DNA of 64,000 nucleotides from Gemmatimonadales bacterium (GTDB lineage Bacteria; Gemmatimonadota; Gemmatimonadetes; Gemmatimonadales; GWC2-71-9): contig JBBCJC010000002.1 in NCBI GenBank assembly GCA_037189525.1, forward strand, positions 416,001 through 480,000. The letters run 5' to 3'. Both the position numbers and the translations under genes were made by a program. Below the pieces are notes generated by a model. That model was given only the letters and a program-made list of their open reading frames with translations. It ran no database searches and had not been told where the DNA came from. The first letter of the stretch is position 1. The number at the start of each line of letters is the position of its first letter. This document shows positions 20,079 through 28,890 of this stretch, piece after piece.

Positions 20079-20741
20079 TCAGGCGAATCCGACCGTCGTG
20101 ACGTGCGCGATCAGGTGTGCCAGCACCAGATACTCATATCCGTAGCGAGCGTAAAGCCAGCCGAACGCGACTCCGGCCAGACCATTGCCGACCGTGGCGA
20201 CCAGGATGATGGTCGCCTCCTGCCCACCGAGACTCGTCAGATGAAACCCGATGTACGCGAGCGTGGCGATGACGATTCCCGCGGTCGTGCTACGCGTCGC
20301 CGCCACCACGCCGCTCATGATGGCGAGATGTAACACGGCTTCCAGCGTCACGGCTGCAAAGACGGCGGAGCCGGCCCGGACCGCAAACGAGGCCGGGCTC
20401 GACGGCAGGTCGAACATGGCAAAGAGTGCGAGCCCGAACAAACCGATCCCCAGCCCGACTGCAATAGCCGGTAGAAGCCCCGGGGTAGCACTCGGCGGAC
20501 GGTTCCCGGATTCGAAAGCGCGCAGGACCGGCATCGGGAGACCGGCGCGATCTGCCCAGCCCAGGCCGAGCCAGGTGGCAATCGCGGCAATGCCGGTCGC
20601 GACGGCGATGAAGATCGCGGCCGCCGCCGTCGAAATCGCCGTGGGTGCGCCGGCGCGCAGGAACGGTACGAACAGGATCGCACCGAGCGCGGCAAGCGCG
20701 ATGAGGAGGATAGCGCGTCGGTGACGTGTCATGGCATACAT
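20079..20741 (-). CDS. CPBP (CAAX protease/Abi)-like membrane protein with degenerate motif
   Basis: About 7 TM segments, GFH motif, GWLYARYG...AHLIAH; the usual EExxxR reads LEAVLH. Confidence 0.65.
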   Translation of the reverse strand: MYAMTRHRRAILLIALAALGAILFVPFLRAGAPTAISTAAAAIFIAVATGIAAIATWLGLGWADRAGLPMPVLRAFESGNRPPSATPGLLPAIAVGLGIGLFGLALFAMFDLPSSPASFAVRAGSAVFAAVTLEAVLHLAIMSGVVAATRSTTAGIVIATLAYIGFHLTSLGGQEATIILVATVGNGLAGVAFGWLYARYGYEYLVLAHLIAHVTTVGFA

Positions 20742-20744
20742 GGT

Positions 20745-21266
20745 CTACTGGTTGGGCATGCGCTTGCCGATTTCCTCGCTCAAACGGCGACCGAAGAGAG
20801 CCTGTCGTTCTGTCATGATCGCCTCGCCGACCTTTGCGCCCTCCCGGGTCAACGTCGCCTGCGCAGCAAGGAGCCGTTGTCCGAACGGTGTGGCCTGCAG
20901 CTCGACCAGGCGTTTCAAATCGTCGGTGGAATAGGTTTTGACATAGAGCGGAATCATCGCGTCGACCCAGACGGATTGTGGGGTGACCTCCGCCATCACG
21001 TCGCGCACGATGACGTTGAGAATGCTGTCCTGTGCCTGGGTCATGCGCTGACCGCCGGATTCGAACATGCCTTTCATCATCAGCAGGGCGGTGTTCGCGG
21101 CAAGATCCATGGCGGCATCGTACATGCCGCTGCTGTACACCTGGGTAACGGCTTGGCGGGCCAGCGACGTTTTGGTGGGGTCGCCTTCGGCATCCAACGC
21201 CATCGGACCTGCAGTGACTAATACTGCCATGGACATCGCGACACGCCGAAACCATGCACCCGTCAT
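20745..21266 (-). CDS. DUF2059-like exported protein
   Basis: Signal peptide; LYVKTYSTDDLKRLVELQATPFGQRLL matches the DUF2059 pattern. Confidence 0.7.
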   Translation of the reverse strand: MTGAWFRRVAMSMAVLVTAGPMALDAEGDPTKTSLARQAVTQVYSSGMYDAAMDLAANTALLMMKGMFESGGQRMTQAQDSILNVIVRDVMAEVTPQSVWVDAMIPLYVKTYSTDDLKRLVELQATPFGQRLLAAQATLTREGAKVGEAIMTERQALFGRRLSEEIGKRMPNQ

Positions 21267-21434
21267 CTCCAGCCCCCACTCGTCATAGGTGGCACCGCCT
21301 GCGTTCGTTTATGCAGCGTCGTCCAAGAATGTAGTGCTTTGCGTCGGTCCTGTAGTGCATCCTGCTTGAATGCCCTGTCCCCGTTTGGCGATATAGCCGC
21401 TACATTCCGATCCGTCCTCAAACCCACCGGTCCC

Positions 21435-22586
21435 ATGCATCGTTCACTTCGCCTGCTTCCGCTCGGCGCCGTGCTGACTGCGGCTGCCTGCAGCACACCC
21501 GCCGCCAAACCCGCCGAGAGCGCCGCGGCCCCCGCTGTTCCGTCCGGCGCGCCCTGGACGCTCCAGGCCGCCCGTCCCGATACCAGCGATGGCGTCCGGA
21601 TCCTGGTCCTCCACGACATGGAAGGCCTCTCCGGCCAGAGCGATCCGTCCTCCTTCAATTACGGCAGCGCGCTCTACCCCAAGGGACAGGAGATGCTGGT
21701 CGCCGACATCAACGCGGTGGTCGACGGTCTCTATCAGGGCGGTGCCACCGAGGTCATCATCGTCGACGGCCACGGCAGCGGAAACCCCGGCCCCGATGTC
21801 CGACGTGATCTCCTCGATCCGCGTGCCAAGCAGATCCTCCGCGACGAATCGTTCGACGGTTACTTCGACACTCCCAACTTCGAGAAATTCGACGGCGTGG
21901 CCGTAGTGGGGATGCACGCCAAGACCGGATCGCGCGGTTTTGCGTCCCACACCTTCACGCTCGGGATCGGGATCGCCATCAACGGTCATTTCATCACCGA
22001 AACCGAGCTGGTCGGTCTATCATGGGGACGGAACGGCACGCCGGTGATCTTCGGTTCCGGCGATGACCGCCTCGCCGCCGACCTGGCCGGTCCGATGCCC
22101 TGGATCGAGTTTGTCACCGTGAAGAAGGCCACCGCCGCCGACAGCGCTGAGCCTCGGCCCGTGGAGGAGGCGCGGGCGGAACTGACGGCAAAGGCCAAAC
22201 TCGCGGTCGAGAACCTGAAGGCTGGGAAGGCCCAGGTGATGAAGGCGCCGGCGCCGCTCCGGGTCGGGCTCCGCGCCGTGCCGCCCGCCAATATCGCCGT
22301 GCTCGATGGGTTTCCGGGTGTGACCTACGCCGACAGCACCGCCACGATCACCGCGGACAGTCTGCGCGCCGGGTACGATGCGTTGATCAAGATGGTGGGG
22401 ATTGCCACCGGCGCGTACACCGGCCAGCTGGTCAGGATCGTGGCGTCGCGGCCGGATGGACAGCAGATCATGCGCACCTACCGAGATCAGCTGGGTAAGG
22501 TCTGGTTCGATTACGAATCGGGTCGCTGGCAGGCTCCTCCGGCGCCGGCGCCCGATACCGGCCGGAAGTACCACGGCTATCGCTAG
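21435..22586 (+). CDS. M55 family D-aminopeptidase (DppA-like), lipoprotein
   Basis: Lipobox TAAAC; DMEG, DGHGSG, GMHAK, SHT and SGDD motifs. Confidence 0.85.
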   Translation: MHRSLRLLPLGAVLTAAACSTPAAKPAESAAAPAVPSGAPWTLQAARPDTSDGVRILVLHDMEGLSGQSDPSSFNYGSALYPKGQEMLVADINAVVDGLYQGGATEVIIVDGHGSGNPGPDVRRDLLDPRAKQILRDESFDGYFDTPNFEKFDGVAVVGMHAKTGSRGFASHTFTLGIGIAINGHFITETELVGLSWGRNGTPVIFGSGDDRLAADLAGPMPWIEFVTVKKATAADSAEPRPVEEARAELTAKAKLAVENLKAGKAQVMKAPAPLRVGLRAVPPANIAVLDGFPGVTYADSTATITADSLRAGYDALIKMVGIATGAYTGQLVRIVASRPDGQQIMRTYRDQLGKVWFDYESGRWQAPPAPAPDTGRKYHGYR

Positions 22587-22659
22587 CTGCGTATTTGATC
22601 CGCCCCGCCGGTCCGCTTTCGGGCCGGCGCCACGGCGGGCGATGGTACAGCTGCTGTAG

Positions 22660-23163
22660 TTATTCGATCGGGTCAAACACGAGACTGTCCACTCTTGTCT
22701 CGGCGACGACTTTCCCGTTTTCCGCGAACCGTGCAACCACGAATGCCCGTCCAGACGGAGATGCGCACACGCGCGGGTTGGGCTGTCCGAAGGTGCGGAG
22801 TTCGACCGTTGCCGTGTCGGGAGGGATCCGGCGCGGAGAACTCAGAGGCTCTATCCAGCTCAAGGTCAGAGTGAATGCTCCGGTGTGGTCCGTCCGCACC
22901 GTCGACGAACCGTACGGTCCCACGAAACTTGGTCCGGAACACCCGTCGCCGCGAATCGGTTTCTCGACGAGCCGCTGACCATTCTGCCAGGCGACCCCGC
23001 GAACGATCGCGCAACCGATCGGACCGAATTCCCCGGTCGGGATCGGACAAGAGAGCGTGTCCGGGTCCGGATCCGAGTCCGTCGCAGTCGTAGAGCATCC
23101 GAGCGTCATAGCCAGGAGCAACCAAACGACACGCCGGCCGATCTTTCCATCTGTAGCGGGCAT
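22660..23163 (-). CDS. Hypothetical lipoprotein
   Basis: Hydrophobic leader with TLGC, several Cys, beta-rich domain. Confidence 0.55.
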   Translation of the reverse strand: MPATDGKIGRRVVWLLLAMTLGCSTTATDSDPDPDTLSCPIPTGEFGPIGCAIVRGVAWQNGQRLVEKPIRGDGCSGPSFVGPYGSSTVRTDHTGAFTLTLSWIEPLSSPRRIPPDTATVELRTFGQPNPRVCASPSGRAFVVARFAENGKVVAETRVDSLVFDPIE

Positions 23164-23417
23164 TTCGTGTCTCCCCCCCGCACCTACCGTACGACCGTCC
23201 GACCACTTGCGCAACACCGCGATCTTCGTGACCACAGCCCACCGATATCGGGCCTTCCAGATGTCTCGATCTTCTGAAGCGGATTGAAAGTCTGTGCGTG
23301 AGCCTATGATGGGGTGGCTTGGCTCGACGTCTCGTCTTGAAACAAAGCCCCAACGCCCGCCGTAAGCCGATTCCGGGAGACCATCTCCCGAAAGCGACCC
23401 ATAAACACCGGCCGTTC

Positions 23418-24353
23418 ATGTCACCACGGTATTCTCCACGCGAGAATCCGCGTCGGGGTGCGCGCCGCCCCGTCCTGGTCCTCGCCGCACTGTTCGCCCT
23501 TGCCGGCTGCCACCCCGGCAACGAAGAGGCGAAAGAGCTCCGCGATGCCTGCGCCCAAGGCACCGCCGCTGCGTGCAACGACTTCGGACAGCGGCTCCTG
23601 ACCGGCCGCTACGTCCTCCGCGACGAGGCCGGCGCCGCCCGCTCATTCGAGCAGGCCTGCGCCGGCGGGGTCGGCGACGGCTGCGCCAGCCTCGGCGTGA
23701 TCTATCAGACCACTCGGATCATGACGCGCGACTCAGCCCGGGCTCAAAGGCTCTTTCGTCAGGCCTGCGACGGGGGCGCGATGGAAGGGTGCACCCGACT
23801 GGGCCTGCTGCATCGCGCCGGCGCTGGTGTGACCCACGATGCGACGCTCGCGGCCGGGCTCTTCCGCCAGGCCTGCGACGGCGGCGACCTGACCGGCTGC
23901 GCCAACCTGGCGGCCCTCGAAGCCGCCGGCGAGGGCGTGCCGCAGGACTACGCAGCTGCCGCGGACCTCTTCCGTCGCGCCTGCGATGCCAAGGAGTCGA
24001 TGGGCTGCGTCGGGCTCGGCCGGCTCCGGGCCGCCGGCAACGGCGTCGAGCGGAACGATTCCCTGGCGGCGGCGCTCTTCAAGTCGGCGTGTGATGAATC
24101 CGATCAGTCCGGTTGCTTCGAACTCGCCGTGCTCAACGAAAACGGACAGGGCCTGCCCCAGAACTACCAGCGCGCCGCCCATCTGTATGAACGGGCCTGC
24201 GACCAACGTTATGCCGCGGCCTGCTACAACCTGGCCGGCCTGCATCAGAAGGGCGCCGGGACCTATCGCTCGCCGCAGCGCGCGATGGCCCTGACCCGCC
24301 GCGCTTGTGACCTGGGCCACGCCGAGGCATGCCCTCGGATCAAAGGATCATGA
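23418..24353 (+). CDS. Cys-rich Sel1-like repeat lipoprotein
   Basis: Lipobox LAGC; about 7 repeats of A..LF..ACD.G...GC..LG. Confidence 0.88.
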   Translation: MSPRYSPRENPRRGARRPVLVLAALFALAGCHPGNEEAKELRDACAQGTAAACNDFGQRLLTGRYVLRDEAGAARSFEQACAGGVGDGCASLGVIYQTTRIMTRDSARAQRLFRQACDGGAMEGCTRLGLLHRAGAGVTHDATLAAGLFRQACDGGDLTGCANLAALEAAGEGVPQDYAAAADLFRRACDAKESMGCVGLGRLRAAGNGVERNDSLAAALFKSACDESDQSGCFELAVLNENGQGLPQNYQRAAHLYERACDQRYAAACYNLAGLHQKGAGTYRSPQRAMALTRRACDLGHAEACPRIKGS

Positions 24354-25264
24354 TGTCGAACGGTCAGCCCCTTCTCGCGGCCGAGCGACTCGGCAAGCGA
24401 TACGGTAGCGTCGTGGCGCTCGACGACGTGTCGTTTACTATCGGCGACGGGATCACCGGAATCCTCGGTGAGAACGGCGCCGGGAAGAGCACCGCCATCA
24501 AAATCTTCATGGGCCTCCTCGAGCCCACGGCGGGCAAAGCTACCGTGCTTGGTGAGGATGCCTCGAAGAGCCTGAACGTCCGCGGCCGCTTGGGCTACAT
24601 GCCCGAGCACGACTGCCTGCCGAGCCAGGTGAGCGCCGCCGAGTTCCTGACCCACATGGCCGAAGTGAGCGGTCTGCCGCCTTCGACGGCGCGGACCCGT
24701 GCCGCGGACACGCTCCGGCACACTGGCCTGTTCGAGGAACGCTATCGCCCGATCGGCGGGTACTCCACCGGGATGAAGCAGCGCGTCAAGTTGAGTCAGG
24801 CGCTGGTCCACGACCCGGCCTTCGTCTTCCTCGACGAGCCGACGGCCGGACTCGATCCGCTCGGTCGGGAGGAGATGCTCGACCTGGTGCGCAAAACCCA
24901 TCGCGACTTCGGGATCAGCATCCTCTTCTCGTCGCATCTGATGGCCGATGTCGAACGGACCTGTGACCGGATCATCGTCTTCCAGGCCGGCCGGCTGATC
25001 CATTCGGGGGAGGTCGAGCAGTTCACCCGGGAGACGGAAACCGTGTTCATCGAAGTCGATACCAATCGCGATGGCCTGATTGCTGCGCTCGAGCGGCGCG
25101 GCGTGCTGGTGACCGTCGACGGCGCCGGCCTGGCCTTGCAAGGCCCCGACGAAACGGTGTACGACCTGGTCCGGGATGCGTTGGTCGAAGCCGAGGCGCC
25201 GCTCCGGCGGATGGGCCCGCAGCGACGCGCCCTGACCGAGCTGTTCGAGCGAGGTGCCGCATGA
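24350..25264 (+). CDS. ABC transporter ATP-binding protein
   Basis: GENGAGKS, YSTGMKQR, FLDEPT, SSH; ATGA overlap with the Sel1 gene. Confidence 0.93.
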   Translation: MMSNGQPLLAAERLGKRYGSVVALDDVSFTIGDGITGILGENGAGKSTAIKIFMGLLEPTAGKATVLGEDASKSLNVRGRLGYMPEHDCLPSQVSAAEFLTHMAEVSGLPPSTARTRAADTLRHTGLFEERYRPIGGYSTGMKQRVKLSQALVHDPAFVFLDEPTAGLDPLGREEMLDLVRKTHRDFGISILFSSHLMADVERTCDRIIVFQAGRLIHSGEVEQFTRETETVFIEVDTNRDGLIAALERRGVLVTVDGAGLALQGPDETVYDLVRDALVEAEAPLRRMGPQRRALTELFERGAA

Positions 25265-26163
25265 GTCAGCAAGGCACTGTTTTCGATATCGGCTATCAAG
25301 GGTATACCGGCGCGCGCGAAGGCCGCGGCCGTGCGCGGCTGGCGGTGTTCAAGGACGGCCTGCGCGCCGCGCTCGGCTTGGGCCGCGGCGGCCGGGCCAA
25401 GATCCTGCCCTGGTTCTTCATCGGTCTCCTATGCGCCATCGGCAGCATCATGGCGCTGGTGGCCGGCGCGGCGGAACGGCTGGGCGGTCCCGGGGCGGCG
25501 GAGCGCGCCAACCTGCCGTCGCACGTCGACTTCTATGGTGCGGCCTCGATCATCCTCTTCGTTTTCGCGGCGCTGGTTGGTCCGGAACTGCTCTGTCGCG
25601 ACCGGAAGGAAGGGACCATCCACCTCTATCTGGTCCGGCCCCTCACCGGCACCGACTACCTCGCCGCCCGGTGGCTTGCCTTCCTGGTGGTGATACTCGG
25701 TGCGGCCTGGCTACCGCAGCTGATCCTGTTCCTGGGGCTCGCCGCCGGCGATCCGCAGCCGCTCGAGTACCTCCGCAAGCACTGGCTCGATCTGCCCAAG
25801 TTTCTCCTGTCCGGTCTGGTCATGTCGGTCTACGCGACGACGCTTGCGCTGCTGACGGCTTCGTTCACGAAGAGCCGAGCGTATGCGGCGGTGTTTCTGG
25901 TTGGCCTCTTCACCATCACGACGCCATTCACGGCAGGACTCGCGTCGGAGATGGACAACCTGGCTGGTCAATGGATCTCGATGTTCAACCTGACCAACAT
26001 CCCGGTTCACGTGAATGACGTGGTCTTCGGCGAGTTCAGCATGGTGACGGAGGAGGCGCCAGCTCGGCATTTCCCGGCCTGGGGCCGGGTCGGCTGGTTC
26101 CTGATCTGGACCGTCGTGCCTGGCGCGATCCTCTGGGGCCGCTATCGGAGGCTCACACCATGA
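25261..26163 (+). CDS. ABC-2 type permease
   Basis: About 6 TM; DRKEGTIHLYLVRPLTGTDY. Confidence 0.88.
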   Translation: MSQQGTVFDIGYQGYTGAREGRGRARLAVFKDGLRAALGLGRGGRAKILPWFFIGLLCAIGSIMALVAGAAERLGGPGAAERANLPSHVDFYGAASIILFVFAALVGPELLCRDRKEGTIHLYLVRPLTGTDYLAARWLAFLVVILGAAWLPQLILFLGLAAGDPQPLEYLRKHWLDLPKFLLSGLVMSVYATTLALLTASFTKSRAYAAVFLVGLFTITTPFTAGLASEMDNLAGQWISMFNLTNIPVHVNDVVFGEFSMVTEEAPARHFPAWGRVGWFLIWTVVPGAILWGRYRRLTP

Positions 26164-27086
26164 ACGATCTTCGTCCCGTCATCCAGGTCGATCGGGTCTC
26201 CCGCTGGTTCGGGAGCGTGGTGGCCGTGAGCGAAATGACGTTCGATGTGATGCCCGGCATCACCGGGCTCCTGGGACCGAACGGCGCCGGCAAGACCACC
26301 TTGCTGCGCATGATGACCGGCCTGGCCGCGACCTCCACCGGCCAGGTGACCGTCTTCGGTGAACCGGTCCGCGACAATCCGCCGCTCTATCGCCGGCTCG
26401 GCGTAATGTCCGAGCACGAGACGGTGTACGGATTCATGAAGGGTCGCGAGTTCGTCACCATGATGGGCCAGTTGCGCGGGGTGGAGCGGCTGGAGGAAGC
26501 GGTCGACCGCGCCATCGAACGGGTCGATCTGATCGAGGCGCAGCACCGTCCCATGGGAACCTATTCGCGCGGCATGCGCCAGCGGATGCGGCTCGCGGCG
26601 ACGCTGGTCCACGATCCGGAAATCCTGATTCTGGACGAACCCCTGAACGGCGCCGACCCCCGGCAGCGGGTGCATTTCCAGCGCCTGCTCCGCGATCTGG
26701 CGCGCGAGGGGCGGACCATCGTGCTCTCGTCGCACATCCTCGAAGAAGTCGAACAGCTGGCCGAGACGGTGCTGCTGGTCGTCAACGGCAAGCTGGCGGC
26801 GTCGGGAGGGTTCCGGGCCATTCGCGCGGCCCTCGATCAGCGGCCCTATCACGTGCGGGTCACCTGCGATGCGCCGCGCCAGCTGGCGGCGCTCGCGGTC
26901 GGGATCGGCTCGGTCGAAGCGGTCAACCTCGATCCCGATGGCGGGCTGGTCATCCTGAGCCGGCGCGTGCTGGATCTCCAGCTCGAGTTGCCGCGCCTGG
27001 CGCAATCGGCCGGGATCCGACTGCGACGAGTCGAGCCGTTGGACGATTCGCTCGAGAGCGTCTTCGGCTATCTGGTGGAGGGCTGA
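26160..27086 (+). CDS. ABC transporter ATP-binding protein
   Basis: GPNGAGKT, YSRGMRQR, ILDEPL, SSH. Confidence 0.93.
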   Translation: MNDLRPVIQVDRVSRWFGSVVAVSEMTFDVMPGITGLLGPNGAGKTTLLRMMTGLAATSTGQVTVFGEPVRDNPPLYRRLGVMSEHETVYGFMKGREFVTMMGQLRGVERLEEAVDRAIERVDLIEAQHRPMGTYSRGMRQRMRLAATLVHDPEILILDEPLNGADPRQRVHFQRLLRDLAREGRTIVLSSHILEEVEQLAETVLLVVNGKLAASGGFRAIRAALDQRPYHVRVTCDAPRQLAALAVGIGSVEAVNLDPDGGLVILSRRVLDLQLELPRLAQSAGIRLRRVEPLDDSLESVFGYLVEG

Positions 27087-27089
27087 ATC

Positions 27090-27803
27090 ATGGGCACTGT
27101 ATATCGGCTGACCCTCCGCCAGCTCGCCGGGCGTTGGCGGCTGGTGATCATGACGCTGCTGGCGGTACTTCCCGTTATCACGGCCGTGATGACCCTCCGC
27201 TCGAGTAACGGGCCCTCGATTGCCGAGTTCGAGGCCGCGGCGTTGAGTGCGCTGCTGGCGGGGTCGATCCTGCCGCTGGTCGTGCTGGCCATCGCGGCGG
27301 CGGCCTTTGCCAGCGAGGTCGAGGATCGGACGCTGGCCAACCTCACGCTGTCGCCGCTGCCCAGGTGGCAGATCGCGGTACCCAAGCTGCTGGCGGTGCT
27401 GACGATTGCGTTGCCGTTTGCCGCGGTCAGCGCTTTTGCGACCGGCTACGTGGCCTTCCTGGCCGATCCGCGAGCGACCATCGCGATTACGGTGGCGGCG
27501 GTGGTGGCCGTGGCGCTCTATGGCTCGGCGTTCACCTGGTTGGGGTTGGTGACGACGCAGGCGATCGGCGTCGGGCTCCTCTATGTCGTGCTGTGGGAGG
27601 GATTTTTCTCGGGCTTCGTGTCGGGGGTGCGCCTGCTGAGCATCAGGCACTACGCGCTGGCCTGGATGCACGGGTTGGACCCGCGGCGGTTTGCCGGGCT
27701 CGATCATCTGGGATTGCCGGCGGTCATCATCGTGTCGGTGGTGGTCTTTGGCGGGTTCCTCTGGTTATCGGTGCGGCGCCTCCGGCGGATGGACGTGCCC
27801 TAG
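27090..27803 (+). CDS. ABC-2 type permease
   Basis: About 6 TM; EVEDRTLANLTLSPLPRWQI. Confidence 0.88.
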   Translation: MGTVYRLTLRQLAGRWRLVIMTLLAVLPVITAVMTLRSSNGPSIAEFEAAALSALLAGSILPLVVLAIAAAAFASEVEDRTLANLTLSPLPRWQIAVPKLLAVLTIALPFAAVSAFATGYVAFLADPRATIAITVAAVVAVALYGSAFTWLGLVTTQAIGVGLLYVVLWEGFFSGFVSGVRLLSIRHYALAWMHGLDPRRFAGLDHLGLPAVIIVSVVVFGGFLWLSVRRLRRMDVP

Positions 27804-27883
27804 AGCGACAGGAAACGGACAGGCCTGCGTATCAAATGTCCAATCGGGGGCTCGATTCGATGCGGGTCAGACCAATCGTGTTG

Positions 27884-28102
27884 GACCAGCGCATCCAATG
27901 AGAGGCCAGCGGCATCCGCTAGGATCCCCAGTTCTCGACCCGTTTGATTCGATCGGTTGAGCCAGCAGGTCGGGTATCCGAACTACTTCGCGCCGGCGAC
28001 ATCCCAACCGGCAAATGCCACGAAGAGGATCCCCTCCTTGAGGAGCCGGAGTTGCTCGACGCCGAGTTGATAGGCACGCGGATCGGGCTTGCAGGGGCGG
28101 AT
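27884..28102 (-). pseudogene. Haloacid dehalogenase type II (HAD) C-terminal remnant with a nonsense codon
   Basis: IRPCKPDPRAYQLGVEQLRLLKEGILFVAFAGWDVAGAK*FGYPTCWLNR...ELGILAD; TAG at 27983-27985; the N-terminal half is absent. Confidence 0.75.
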
Positions 28103-28130
28103 CGAACCCCGGCAAATCCCGGCGGACCTG

Positions 28131-28802
28131 CTAGCTGGGCCGATCCCGTGTGATGTTCCGGAACGTGGCCGTAACCTCACGGCCACTTCGGTAGGCGCGG
28201 ATCCCATAGGTCGCGTTATTGAGGAGCAGCAGCGCATCAGCTCGGCCGTACTGTTTCATCAGGTCGAGCATCATCGGTTCTTCGCCGTCCCAGGGGAACG
28301 CGAAGACCATATCGAAGTCGTCCAGCGAACGCCCCAATTCTGCATAGGCAGACGGGCCGGTTCCGAGGGTACCGGTGCGGATGTCGCCGTCGCGGGACCG
28401 CCAGCGATAGCCGGTGGGAAGGAAGCTTCCCGCAGCAAAGCGGGCCTTGGAATCGAATTGCCGCGCCAGGTCGTGCGCCGTTGCGTTGAGACTGGAGTCG
28501 ATCTCGATGCCGCAGGCGTCGAAACCGAGCATGTCGGCCATGATGGTGATGACGCCCGTGGCCGAGCCCCATTCGAGGAATCGCAGGCCCTGGCGGCGAA
28601 ACGGCCAGAGCGCTTCAGCGACCGCCTCGTAGTCCGCCGCCACGAAAGGGTGGAACGGCCGTTCCATGATGTTTTCGGCAAAGCGATCCCAGACGGCCCA
28701 TCCCGCGGTGCAAAGCGCCGCCAGCCGGGCCCGCAGGGCCTCGTCATCGGATGCGAGGGGGCCCTGCGTGGAGGATTGCGAATTGGACGGAGTCGCGGCC
28801 AT
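28131..28802 (-). CDS. Class I SAM-dependent methyltransferase
   Basis: FLEWGSATG motif I, GIEID motif II, FDMVFAFPW. Confidence 0.8.
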   Translation of the reverse strand: MAATPSNSQSSTQGPLASDDEALRARLAALCTAGWAVWDRFAENIMERPFHPFVAADYEAVAEALWPFRRQGLRFLEWGSATGVITIMADMLGFDACGIEIDSSLNATAHDLARQFDSKARFAAGSFLPTGYRWRSRDGDIRTGTLGTGPSAYAELGRSLDDFDMVFAFPWDGEEPMMLDLMKQYGRADALLLLNNATYGIRAYRSGREVTATFRNITRDRPS

Positions 28803-28842
28803 CCGGGGAACCTAAACTGACACGCCGCGACTTTCTCGTGCT

Positions 28843-28875
28843 GGCGCGGCGGCGGTCCCCGATTGCCGCCGCGCC
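28843..28875. terminator. GC hairpin downstream of the epimerase gene
   Basis: ggcgcggcggc-N11-gccgccgcgcc, 11-bp perfect stem. Confidence 0.5.
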
Positions 28876-28890
28876 GAGGACAATCAGACC

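Noticed and set aside
23236..23417. Possible riboswitch upstream of the Sel1-ABC operon
   Set aside because: Only short hairpins (e.g. cgggaga-cca-tctcccg) and no aptamer consensus I recognise; an Rfam/Infernal scan would settle it.
27983..27985. In-frame TAG as pyrrolysine or readthrough recoding
   Set aside because: The gene also lacks its N-terminal half, and TAG is the normal stop of many genes here; pseudogenisation is simpler.
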